Origin: Macrostomum lignano
Taxonomy: Eukaryota
DNA: 64,000 nt
Assembly (NCBI GenBank): GCA_002269645.1
Contig: NIVC01001115.1
Location: forward strand, 249,403 to 313,402
Direction of reading: 5' to 3'
Below the pieces are notes generated by a model that saw nothing but the letters and a program-made list of their open reading frames with translations, searched no databases and was not told where the DNA came from. Of the stretch, positions 25,831-42,100 are shown one piece after another (position 1 is the stretch's first letter; each line of letters begins with the position of its first letter). Position numbers and translations under genes: made by a program.

Positions 25831-27309
25831 CTACAATGGTTGTCAATTATGTCGACACAAGTTGTTGCTGCGTGTAGCGATTTGTAGCGATTTTTATTTT
25901 CATTCCGTTTCCGAACAGCTGAAAGGTACATCTGTGGAGATGAACATTTTATTATTAGAGAGATAATGAGTGAACGCTTTGTCTGTATTTTTTGCTGTCT
26001 TCTTTCTATTCCAATAGGATTCTAGCACCATGCAGATTTCAAGATATTAAATTATGAGTTCCAAGTTATTTAAGCATGATTACATAGTCTGTTACAATGC
26101 TATAACCTTCATGATGCCCCAAAATTATTGATCCTAGGTAAATCTGATGTCAGTTAAGCAGACCAATGAATTTAAAGTAAATTTAAAGTCAATTAGACCT
26201 GATTATTTGGTGTTAGTAAGTGAAATCTGATTAATCTAGTGATCTTAGACTAGAATTGCTAGTCATAAAAAATTTTAAGTGATGGTCAATAAAAAGATGT
26301 TCAAAGTAATTTTTACAAAATTTACCTCAACTTATTCAGTATGAAATAAGCATAATAACTATCATTAAAAATAACTAAAGCCTAATTCATTACAAATTAT
26401 ACATTAAATGGCAATAAAATTATATTAGGTTGTCCCTGCTGCAAAGCCAAAAAAATGCTTCTTTATAGGGTTCTTTGCAGTGCCTTGATGAAATATCTAA
26501 GCTTTTCATTGTACATGCTCCACACAGTGGGCTTCCGGAGAAAAAAATCATGACAAAAACTAACATTTATGGCATTTAAGAGCCAACAAAGAGTACCATT
26601 TAGTAAAGAAAAAAAATGCTTCAAGCTTGATAGGTGTGTAATAACATATTTCAATTCTAAAAGCTGGCAATTATTCATTTTGATGCAACAGACTACTGGA
26701 GAAAATCACTTTGTGCTCTCTAACTATTAAAAAGTATTTTTATATTGTTATAGAATGTTATACAATAAGTAATATATTAGGCTTTTTCAATAAAAAGCAT
26801 CGATTTTATGCTAAATTATTTTCTAAAATGTAAAAGTGAATAATCCAATTGGATACATCAATTTAGATTAGTTTTTAACATATTCTCATATGAGCATATA
26901 GGTGGGATGTCATAATCAATGTTTACTACCAAAACGAAGAATATTCGAACTACAGTAAGGTTTATACAAATAAAGCATTACTCATGCATGCATTTAATGC
27001 AAATTAACTCAAAACTTTCACCATCTATATTAATTCCTACATTTTTAGCCCTTATTTGTAAATTATATAGAATTTTTTTCACACGTGTTCAACGTGGTTG
27101 AATTTCCGCCAAAAAAATTATCGCTGAAAAGGACATATTTTGTCTTTTAGAGGAGCGAAAAAGACTAATTTTACTTAGATTATAGTAAAATTATTTATAA
27201 TTCACAGTTTAATGCAAGATTTAACCGGCCATACTCATTAGAAAACAGATACAATTTGGTATTACAAAGTTTGAATGGTGTAAACTCGCGATGCCCTCGT
27301 TTTGACTTT

Positions 27310-29071
27310 GCCCCGAAGAGGGTGTGGTGACTCTGCGAATCCCGCGGAGGGGCCAACATCTAACGAGGAGGCGGGCCCTGCATGCCGATCGGAAGCGTCA
27401 GGTGTCGCCGAAGCTCCGGCCTGATGCGGCTGGCTCCTCGTGTGGAGGGGACCTCGGAAACTCCCATGGCCGCTCCCAGCGCACCTATGCGGCTATGGCC
27501 AAGAGACAACCGGCCCTGATCATCCAAGGCCAGGAGAAGCCTCTAATGGCTGAAAAGCTCGACCAAATCTGGCGCAAGTTGGACTCCCACTTGGTCAAAG
27601 ATGGCCTTGACCGAGTAATCTAAGTCCTAAAGACGAATTAAGTCGAGGACCACGCCCTTCGACAGCCCTTCGACAGTCGCCCGCCGATAGCCAGTTTAGG
27701 CAGCAGCTCCTAGAGATGCTGAAGGCCTTCGACTGGGATACGGAGCTGGAAAACCTGTTTATCTACAGGAAGGACGAGCGACCCCGGACTCACCGGCACC
27801 GTGCCTGGATTCCGGCTCGCAGTTCCATCACCAAGGCCGACGAGCTGCGTCGCCTGCTAGTTAGTGGCTACCAATCCGGAGCTGCCGGCAAATGGCGTCG
27901 TAGTTCACGAGACTATCTCCAAGCCGGGCGGAGACGGTTTCACGGTAATCCTCGGACTGTCGGATAGCTGGATCTTTGGACTATCCGGACATGTCCCTCA
28001 TCTCTGTCGGGCTGTTCAGATCTTCAGCATTGAGTCTGACGCCACCCGCCCACCGCCCCAGAGAAGCGTAAACGGGCGAGTGGAATTGCTCTGACGGGCG
28101 GAAACGCTTAGGAAAAGAATTGCTTCCGTTCGTCACGACCCCTCCGAGGACGTGGACCCCGTCAGGGGGAAAGCCGCGAAAGCTGCAGCAACAGGCGGAC
28201 GTGGAAAGGGCCGGAAACCCGCCCGGAACACTATCCGCTCTGGTCTGACTCAGCGCTCGAAGCAGCTGCTGGACACCGCCAGGGCCCACAACCGCAGCAA
28301 CGGCCCCAGCCCAGTGTCACCACTGCGGCCCCCCGGAAAACCGGGCCGAGAGCGAGAATGCCGCCCTGGTGGAGGCATCGCCCTAGACCATGGAGACAAT
28401 CCGGGAGGAGCCCATGGTACTGAAGCCTGGAGCTATCGGCGAGGCAGAAGATTCGGCTCTCCTGCACAACTGCCTTGAGCCGGCAGGAAGCTGCGCGGAC
28501 CACTCGTGGATTCCCCAGAGTGGATCCCTGGCGATGGCCCCGCGGTTCCACCCAACCTCATCTAGGTTCGAGCTGCTGGTGGCGGGTGACGTCAACGCTC
28601 ACCACACCAACTGGGGCAGTAATACTTCCAACAGCAGAGGCGAGGAACTCCTTGCTTACATCTGCACCACCAATACTGAGTTTTGCAACATTGGTGGAAC
28701 CCCCACCTTTGACAACGGGCGATGGACGGAGGCCCTCGACGTTACCCTCGTCTTCCATGGCTTGGCTCCTTTAGTCAAGGACTGGGAGGTTTGGGACGAA
28801 GAGGAATCTCTGTTTGACCATCGCTTCGTTCGTTTTCGGTTGCAATACTCTTTCCCCAAACCTAGCATCCTGTGGAAAAGGAACGTCCAGAACACTGACT
28901 GGACGGCTTTCGCAGAAACCCTGAAATGCCAGACAGATCAGCTCACCACCGTCGCTCCAACCACCTGTTAGGTAGTGGATGACTTTGCCGACCTGCTTAG
29001 CAAGACCGTCCTGGCAGCACACAAGGCCTTCTGTCCTCTCAGGGCCTACTAAGGCACAAAATCCGCCCCTT
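27310..29071 (+). mobile_element. Degenerate non-LTR retrotransposon (LOA/I-group-like), 5' part: ORF1 remnants plus APE endonuclease
   Basis: Endonuclease motifs AGDVNAHHTNWGS..NSRGEELL..NIGGTPTF...LDVTL...DHRFVRF (28390-28971). Upstream fragments (RAWIP, TNPELPANGVVVH...VILGLSD) resemble DUF4780-type LINE ORF1. Stops and frameshifts present. Confidence 0.85.
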
Positions 29072-32735
<3,664 letters not shown>

Positions 32736-33990
32736 CCCTTGGTGGCACCCGGCGCTTGGATCCCTCCGACACAAGGCAAAGTGCCTTCAACGAAAAGCTC
32801 GCACGAGCAAGGACCCAGCTGACCTGGCCGCTTATCTGGATGCAATTCGCGACTTTAAGTGTGAAACCAGGAAAGCCAAGTCCGACAAATGGCGCTAATA
32901 CTGCGCGGAGTTAGAAGGCACCCGCCCTACTTCACGCGTGGTCAAGGCTCTCACCCTCAACAAAATGTCTAAGCTCTCAGTCATTAAAAGACTGGACGGC
33001 CAGCTCGCTGAGAACCCTGGGGAATCGCTGGACATCATGCTCACCAGCTCTTTCCCACGTGCCGCACCGCAGCTAGGCCCATCGGACCACTCTCGGGCGG
33101 ACAGATCCTGGCTTCGACCATCATTACCAGGGAGAGGACGTCTCGCACTTCCTTCAATCCTTCTCTCCATTCAAGTCACTGGGACCTGACAAAATTTATC
33201 CTGACAAAAAATGACAGGTTTCCCGGGCTCCTCTGCAACTTTTTCAAGGCCAGCATTACCATCGGGTACGTGCCTAAAGCTTGGCAAGAGGCCACGGTAG
33301 TCTTCATACCCAAACCAGGGAAGGGAGACTATCATTCTTCCATTCTTCATTTTTCATTCTTCAATCTTCATTCTTCAAAGCTTACCGCCTCATCAGTCTG
33401 ACGTCTTTCTTCCTCAAACTGATGGAACCGCTGGTGGTCTGGCGTCTCCTTCTCGTGGAGCTGAGGAACTCCCCGCACTCCCCAACCAGTACGCCTTTCG
33501 TCCTGGACGCTCCGTCGAAAGTCGAAAGTCGAAAATCAAAACGTCGGCTATGCGGACGATGTTACCGCCACATGTTACCGATGCAGCGATGGCTGGACCA
33601 TCACCCGCGGTCCTCAGAGACCTCCTTCAAGCCTTCATCCATCGTGCCGAACGCTGGGCACACGTCCGCGGCCTCAGGTTTTCTGAGTCTAAAACCGTGG
33701 CTATCATGTTCACCAGCCGCCAAAACTGCATGTAGGATCAAACCGCTCCCCCTCTATGGCAAACCCGTTGCCATGGAGAAACAAACCATATTACTGGGCG
33801 TCACCTTCGACCACAGGTTGAGCTGGACCCCACACGTCTGAACCAAAGCCCGCAAAGCTCTCTCGACTCTCAAGCAGATCCGCATAGCTTTCGACGCTAC
33901 CTGGGCCTCACCCCCACCGCCTCTGGTGGATTTACACTACCATCGTGAGACCGCGGCCATCTCCTTCGCCGGCTTCATCTGAAACAGCTG
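32736..33990 (+). mobile_element. 3' continuation of the host LINE (RT remnants with internal deletion)
   Basis: Resumes in frame as (SAP)[10 protein letters not shown], then LEGTRPTSRVVKAL, VVFIPKPGKGDY, LISLTSFFLKLME, NQYAFRPGRS, F.ESKTVAIMFT and LLGVTFDHRLSWTPHV. The RT catalytic core is missing. Confidence 0.85.
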
Positions 33991-34292
33991 CATATAAGCC
34001 TCTGATTTCCTTTGCCTACGCGAGAGGTGGGTAAAGAGCGCGAGAGCGCAACTTTGCAGCACCAAAGCTGGCGCCCTAAGCTGCGCCGCGCCCTGTCCTT
34101 CTGAACACCTAACTTTGTACATGTAATGATATGCACATTGTATACATCTGCATGTAGTAACTAGTGTATTTTTATATCCAATCGAATTACATGTACAGCT
34201 AGTATACCCAATAATGCAACCAAACGGCATTGAAAGTGTGCATATGCACATGTAGATGAAAATTTATTTTACCCGGCGACTTACGTTTCTTT

Positions 34293-34590
34293 GTATAATA
34301 ATAACAATAATAATAATTTATTACACCTGCCCCAATTGGGCCAGATGTGCAACCGACAGCTCAGCTGCAGCTATTGCTCGGCGCATCTGAAGGCTGCGTT
34401 CGGCTGTTCAGTCCAAGTACTGGGGGGTCGCCACACCCACCCTCAATTACCCCAGCTAATGCTGGCACCCATTTTATAGCTGGGTGAACTGAAGCATCGC
34501 AGAGTGTCTTGCTCAAGGACACAAATTGTTCCAGTGGGATCGGGAATCGAACCCCCGACCTTCGAGTCGTGAGTCCGACGCTCTAACCGC
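34293..34590 (-). mobile_element. tRNA-derived CORE-like SINE (copy 2) with (TTA)n tail
   Basis: Reverse complement aligns by eye with 9674-9938 throughout, includes B-box ggttcgattccc and ends in an (ATT/TTA)n tail at about 34293-34322. Confidence 0.8.
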
Positions 34591-35748
34591 TGAAAAGTAG
34601 CGAAATTCCCTTAAATTCGTCATGCAAATTTTATATAATTTCATGTGCGTAAATGTACAGTAACGTACAATAAAACAACCCTCTACTGAAGTTATCACGA
34701 GCGAGGACGAATGAGACTTCCAGTTTAGTTTTGATGATTAAGTTGAGTCCTTTCAATCTGAAGCATAGATGAGCTCTTATTTTATTATATTGTAGATAGC
34801 AATACATTTAAGCATGTAAAACAATCAAAATGACGAGCTAAATATGGACGCATCCTCAGCGAATATCAAATATACAGTAAACGTAACACGCATCAAAACA
34901 AATAAAAATCAATTGAGGTCGGAATGGCATGGAGCCTGCAATTCATGCAAGAATCGCAATAATTTTCCAGTTACATGTAGACAGCCGATTCTACTCGTTT
35001 TCAATCAGTTTATGACAGCGAAAAAGCAAGTGAGATTCGAAAATATTAGGACGATACGAGCCGTAATTACAAACAAAGGACAACTGAAAAGGGAATTTAC
35101 CAGTAATTTAAAAAAATATGCACAACATTTCTAGTAAACACAAGCGTATGGCTCGTGGTTTAACATAAAAACCAATAATCTTATTAAAAGTATATAGAAG
35201 AACAGGACTAATGAAAGGCGTACTAATACTCCTCGAACTGAAGTGTTTCGTTCATCCATTCTTCTGCAGCGTTAACTTAAAACTGAATGACCGAAACGAT
35301 TATGAAAATAGATTATTATTGCATAATCAAACTGAGACGAAATCTCTCTGCACACAAAACCTTAGCATGCAGCTATTAGCGGTTAAAGCGGACAGACTAA
35401 AACAAATTAAGGCACTTTAATTGCTTCGTACTTTACGCTGTATAACCCAAATCAGCATTCTCGTTAACTTTTATGTTCAAACAGCTTCCGAACAGAAATA
35501 GCCTTGAGCGCGCCTTTATCATGCATAGGTGGCGGAAGAAAAATAATATTTTATAGCTCATAGTAGCTTAAGTAAATTGCATAGAAATGCAAAAGCACTG
35601 CATCAGCGTTCAAAAACTGCTTGGATTGACTAAAGTTGGTCCAGACAAAGCCATATTTTGTTTAAATACGACTTCAATCAAGATTAACAAGAATTCACTT
35701 AATTAATATCGCTTTCTAAGCACACTTGGGGCATGGGTTTTGACTATC

Positions 35749-35935
35749 TACACTGAGGGGTTAGGGCTGGCTGGGTGTGTGTACATTGAGGGGTTAGGGC
35801 TGGCTGGGTGTGTGTACATTGAGGGGTTAGGGCTGGCTGGGTGTGTGTACATTGAGGGGTTAGGGCTGGCTGGGTGTGTGTACATTGAGGGGTTAGGGCT
35901 GGCTGGGTGTGTGTACACTGAGGGGTTAGGGCTGA
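35749..35935. repeat. 33-bp G-rich minisatellite containing GGGGTTAGGG, about 6 copies
   Basis: Unit tgaggggttagggctggctgggtgtgtgtacat. Confidence 0.95.
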
Positions 35936-36166
35936 CAGGGAGTACTGCATACACAGAAGAAATGGCAAGGAAATGTACGAACTTGCGTGTACAAGTTAAC
36001 ACTGGTGGAGCAAGTATGCAGTGAAAAAATGGGGATTAAGTTTGCACGAGTTTAACTAGTTAAATTGGATTTGCAAAGCCGCTGAATTAATGTAGAAGTT
36101 CCATTCCTCTAGGTTGCCAAGCTATTGTGCTCAAAACCGAAGCTGAAACCGATAAGCGCTACTGCA

Positions 36167-39100
36167 TCAAGCGAAGTACTCTTGAGTAGCGGCTTGCGTA
36201 TAAATCACCTTCTTTCCGCCGTTGCTACCGTTAGAGAAACCGACTGAGCCGCCGCCGCCGGCGCCGACGCCAGGGCGACCAGTGGAAACGCCGTTCGTTT
36301 TGTAGGATCCACCGCTGGCTTTCCGAGACCGATAGATGCAGAACATGGCCAGCAGGGCCACCAGCAGGAGGCAGCCGACTCCGCCAGCGATCGCGGCGGC
36401 TAGGACCCCTGGCGAGGACAGCAGGCTGGCCGCTGACAGCTGTTGCTGTTGCTGCTGCTGGTTGTCAGTGCCAGAGTTGGCGCCGTCAGACTCGTTCTGT
36501 TGATGCTGCTGCTGACCGTTCCGATCTGACGGGCTCTCTGTTGGTTTAGTGTTTATGAAAATATGTGTTTGATGTCCATAGTATGAAGTGTTTCTTGTAG
36601 GTTTTTTAGTCACTATATTCGCAGGAGGGCTGCGGGCAACCCAGCGCAACGCTTTCATCGATATTCTGCCCATTCCGCTGACTCCTGGGCACATACAACC
36701 GTGACAATTCTGTACGCAGGCACGCACTCATGCACACGCTCACATAGGGTGCACAGTGGCCCTGACTTTCTAATCGTCAGGCATGTGCACTCTCTGTGCC
36801 TTGAGAATCTCAGTTTGATTGTCTATGGCCCACAGATGTCAAGGGCTTTCAAGCTATGGAGAAGAGCGCATGGTTTATAGCAGATTCTCAGTTTGATTGT
36901 CTATGGCCCACAGATGTCAAGGGCTTTCAAGCTATGGAGAAGAGCGCATGGTTTATAGCAGATTCTCAGTTTGATTGTCTATGGCCCAGAGATGTCAAGG
37001 GCATTCAAGCCAAGGAGAAGAGCACATAGCCTATAGCAGATTCTCAGTTTGATTGTCTATGGCCCACAGATGTCAAGGGCTTTCAAGCTATGGAGAAGAG
37101 CGAATGGTTTATAGCAGATTCTCAGTTTGATTGTCTATGGCCCACAGATGTCAAGGGCTTTCAAGCTATGGAGAAGAGCGCATGGTTTATAGCAGATTCT
37201 CAGTTTGATTGTCTATGGCCCACAGATGTCAAGGGCATTCAAGCTATGGAGAAGAGCGCATGGTTTATAGCAGATTCTCAGTTTGATTGTCTATGGCCCA
37301 CAGATGTCAAGGGCTTTCAAGCTATGGAGAAGAGCGCATGGTTTATAGCAGATTCTCAGTTTGATTGTCTATGGCCCACAGATGTCAAGGGCATTCAAGC
37401 TATGGAGAAGAGCGCATGGTTTATAGCAGATTCTCAGTTTGATTGTCTATGGCCCACAGATGTCAAGGGCTTTCAAGCTATGGAGAAGAGCGCATGGTTT
37501 ATAGCAGATTCTCAGTTTGATTGTCTATGGCCCACAGATGTCAAGGGCTTTCAAGCTATGGAGAAGAGCGCATGGTTTATAGCAGATTCTCAGTTTGATT
37601 GTCTATGGCCCAGAGATGTCAAGGGCATTCAAGCCAAGGAGAAGAGCACATAGCCTATAGCAGATTCTCAGTTTGATTGTCTATGGCCCACAGATGTCAA
37701 GGGCTTTCAAGCTATGGAGAAGAGCGAATGGTTTATAGCAGATTCTCAGTTTGATTGTCTATGGCCCACAGATGTCAAGGGCTTTCAAGCTATGGAGAAG
37801 AGCGCATGGTTTATAGCAGATTCTCAGTTTGATTGTCTATGGCCCACAGATGTCAAGGGCATTCAAGCTATGGAGAAGAGCGCATGGTTTATAGCAGATT
37901 CTCAGTTTGATTGTCTATGGCCCACAGATGTCAAGGGCTTTCAAGCTATGGAGAAGAGCGCATGGTTTATAGCAGATTCTCAGTTTGATTGTCTATGGCC
38001 CACAGATGTCAAGGGCATTCAAGCTATGGAGAAGAGCGCATGGTTTATAGCAGATTCTCAGTTTGATTGTCTATGGCCCACAGATGTCAAGGGCTTTCAA
38101 GCTATGGAGAAGAGCGCATGGTTTATAGCAGATTCTCAGTTTGATTGTCTATGGCCCACAGATGTCAAGGGCTTTCAAGCTATGGAGAAGAGCGCATGGT
38201 TTATAGCAGATTCTCAGTTTGATTGTCTATGGCCCACAGATGTCAAGGGCTTTCAAGCTATGGAGAAGAGCGCATGGTTTATAGCAGATTCTCAGTTTGA
38301 TTGTCTATGGCCCACAGATGTCAAGGGCTTTCAAGCTATGGAGAAGAGCGCATGGTTTATAGCAGATTCTCAGTTTGATTGTCTATGGCCCACAGATGTC
38401 AAGGGCTTTCAAGCTATGGAGAAGAGCGCATGGTTTATAGCAGATTCTCAGTTTGATTGTCTATGGCCCACAGATGTCAAGGGCTTTCAAGCTATGGAGA
38501 AGAGCGCATGGTTTATAGCAGATTCTCAGTTTGATTGTCTATGGCCCACAGATGTCAAGGGCTTTCAAGCTATGGAGAAGAGCGCATGGTTTATAGCAGA
38601 TTCTCAGTTTGATTGTCTATGGCCCTGAGATGTCAAGGGCATTCAAGCCAAGGAGAAGAGCACATAGCCTATAGCAGATTCTCAGTTTGATTGTCTATGG
38701 CCCACAGATGTCAAGGGCTTTCAAGCTATGGAGAAGAGCGCATGGTTTATAGCAGATTCTCAGTTTGATTGTCTATGGCCCACAGATGTCAAGGGCTTTC
38801 AAGCTATGGAGAAGAGCGAATGGTTTATAGCAGATTCTCAGTTTGATTGTCTATGGCCCACAGATGTCAAGGGCATTCAAGCTATGGAGAAGAGCGCATG
38901 GTTTATAGCAGATTCTCAGTTTGATTGTCTATGGCCCACAGATGTCAAGGGCTTTCAAGCTATGGAGAAGAGCGCATGGTTTATAGCAGATTCTCAGTTT
39001 GATTGTCTATGGCCCAGAGATGTCAAGGGCTTTCAAGCTATGGAGAAGAGCGCATGGTTTATAGCAGATTCTCAGTTTGATTGTCTATGGCCCACAGATG

Positions 39101-42100
39101 TCAAGGGCTTTCAAGCTATGGAGAAGAGCGCATGGTTTATAGCAGATTCTCAGTTTGATTGTCTATGGCCCACAGATGTCAAGGGCTTTCAAGCTATGGA
39201 GAAGAGCGCATGGTTTATAGCAGATTCTCAGTTTGATTGTCTATGGCCCACAGATGTCAAGGGCTTTCAAGCTATGGAGAAGAGCGCATGGTTTATAGCA
39301 GATTCTCAGTTTGATTGTCTATGGCCCACAGATGTCAAGGGCTTTCAAGCTATGGAGAAGAGCGCATGGTTTATAGCAGATTCTCAGTTTGATTGTCTAT
39401 GGCCCACAGATGTCAAGGGCTTTCAAGCTATGGAGAAGAGCGCATGGTTTATAGCAGATTCTCAGTTTGATTGTCTATGGCCCTGAGATGTCAAGGGCAT
39501 TCAAGCCAAGGAGAAGAGCACATAGCCTATAGCAGATTCTCAGTTTGATTGTCTATGGCCCACAGATGTCAAGGGCTTTCAAGCTATGGAGAAGAGCGCA
39601 TGGTTTATAGCAGATTCTCAGTTTGATTGTCTATGGCCCACAGATGTCAAGGGCTTTCAAGCTATGGAGAAGAGCGCATGGTTTATAGCAGATTCTCAGT
39701 TTGATTGTCTATGGCCCACAGATGTCAAGGGCATTCAAGCTATGGAGAAGAGCGCATGGTTTATAGCAGATTCTCAGTTTGATTGTCTATGGCCCACAGA
39801 TGTCAAGGGCTTTCAAGCTATGGAGAAGAGCGAATGGTTTATAGCAGATTCTCAGTTTGATTGTCTATGGCCCACAGATGTCAAGGGCTTTCAAGCTATG
39901 GAGAAGAGCGCATGGTTTATAGCAGATTCTCAGTTTGATTGTCTATGGCCCACAGATGTCAAGGGCATTCAAGCTATGGAGAAGAGCGCATGGTTTATAG
40001 CAGATTCTCAGTTTGATTGTCTATGGCCCACAGATGTCAAGGGCTTTCAAGCTATGGAGAAGAGCGCATGGTTTATAGCAGATTCTCAGTTTGATTGTCT
40101 ATGGCCCACAGATGTCAAGGGCTTTCAAGCTATGGAGAAGAGCGCATGGTTTATAGCAGATTCTCAGTTTGATTGTCTATGGCCCACAGATGTCAAGGGC
40201 TTTCAAGCTATGGAGAAGAGCGCATGGTTTATAGCAGATTCTCAGTTTGATTGTCTATGGCCCACAGATGTCAAGGGCTTTCAAGCTATGGAGAAGAGCG
40301 CATGGTTTATAGCAGATTCTCAGTTTGATTGTCTATGGCCCACAGATGTCAAGGGCTTTCAAGCTATGGAGAAGAGCGCATGGTTTATAGCAGATTCTCA
40401 GTTTGATTGTCTATGGCCCACAGATGTCAAGGGCTTTCAAGCTATGGAGAAGAGCGCATGGTTTATAGCAGATTCTCAGTTTGATTGTCTATGGCCCACA
40501 GATGTCAAGGGCATTCAAGCCAAGGAGAAGAGCACATAGCCTATAGCAGATTCTCAGTTTGATTGTCTATGGCCCACAGATGTCAAGGGCTTTCAAGCTA
40601 TGGAGAAGAGCGAATGGTTTATAGCAGATTCTCAGTTTGATTGTCTATGGCCCACAGATGTCAAGGGCTTTCAAGCTATGGAGAAGAGCGCATGGTTTAT
40701 AGCAGATTCTCAGTTTGATTGTCTATGGCCCACAGATGTCAAGGGCATTCAAGCTATGGAGAAGAGCGCATGGTTTATAGCAGATTCTCAGTTTGATTGT
40801 CTATGGCCCACAGATGTCAAGGGCTTTCAAGCTATGGAGAAGAGCGCATGGTTTATAGCAGATTCTCAGTTTGATTGTCTATGGCCCACAGATGTCAAGG
40901 GCTTTCAAGCTATGGAGAAGAGCGCATGGTTTATAGCAGATTCTCAGTTTGATTGTCTATGGCCCACAGATGTCAAGGGCTTTCAAGCTATGGAGAAGAG
41001 CGCATGGTTTATAGCAGATTCTCAGTTTGATTGTCTATGGCCCACAGATGTCAAGGGCTTTCAAGCTATGGAGAAGAGCGCATGGTTTATAGCAGATTCT
41101 CAGTTTGATTGTCTATGGCCCACAGATGTCAAGGGCTTTCAAGCTATGGAGAAGAGCGCATGGTTTATAGCAGATTCTCAGTTTGATTGTCTATGGCCCA
41201 CAGATGTCAAGGGCATTCAGGCCACGGAGAAGAGCGCATGATTGATTGCAGATTCTCAGTTTGATTGTCTATGGCCCAGAGATGTCAAGGGCATTCAAGC
41301 CACGGAAAAGAGCGCATGGTTGATTGCAGATTCTTAGTTTGATTCTCAGAGGCAAGACTTCTGGGGAATTTCTATTATAGGTGCATCGATTACTTAAAAA
41401 ATAAATAATACAGCTAGCTATCTTACCGTTTGAACCTTGCCAACCTCCTTGTCCGCTGCCCTGTGTGCGATGAAAACAAAATATCAGGGTTTATTTTAAC
41501 TTAATGAAATCATCAACCCACCTCACTCTACTGTACTCTGATTGGCTGTCCAATAGATGTGAAATTAAAACGCAAATGACAATTTGAATTTCTTTCGAAC
41601 CAAAGTCTCAAATACGACCACCCCACTCCACTTTCTCACCCCTTACTCTGCGCTGATTAGCTAAGCAATAATATACTAAAAAAACTGCTTACAGCGGCTC
41701 TGCCAGGCTGGTCCGGTGCGTTGGAATCTACTGAACGATTCAGTTGATCTGAAAAGGATATATTGAGCATGGGTAGTTCTCACAGCATGTTTAATAGGTT
41801 AATTAGTGCATTTCGAATTGATATTGAACAGACATGGAGAGAATGGCTGATGGAGTGAGTAAGGAAGAGTGGTCGGGATATAGAGGGGGGAGGGGGCAGG
41901 GAGGGAAGAGGCAAAGAAGGAGAGAAGAGGAAAGAGGGAGAGCTGAAAGAGGGAGATGAGAGAGAGAGAGAGAGGGGAGAGGGAGGGATGAGAGGGAGAG
42001 ATGAGAGGGAGAGATGAGAGGGAGAGATGAGAGGGAGAGATGAGAGGGAGAGATGAGAGGGAGAGATGAGAGGGAGAGATGAGAGGGAGAGATGAGATGA

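Noticed and set aside
37090-41241. Five long repeat-protein genes (MEKSAWFIADSQ...)
   Set aside because: They are a by-product of a 78-bp unit divisible by three, antisense within an intron. Kept only as a testable curiosity.
36806-41340. CRISPR array
   Set aside because: Units are contiguous tandem repeats with no unique spacers, there are no cas genes, and the context is eukaryotic. The same applies to all other arrays.
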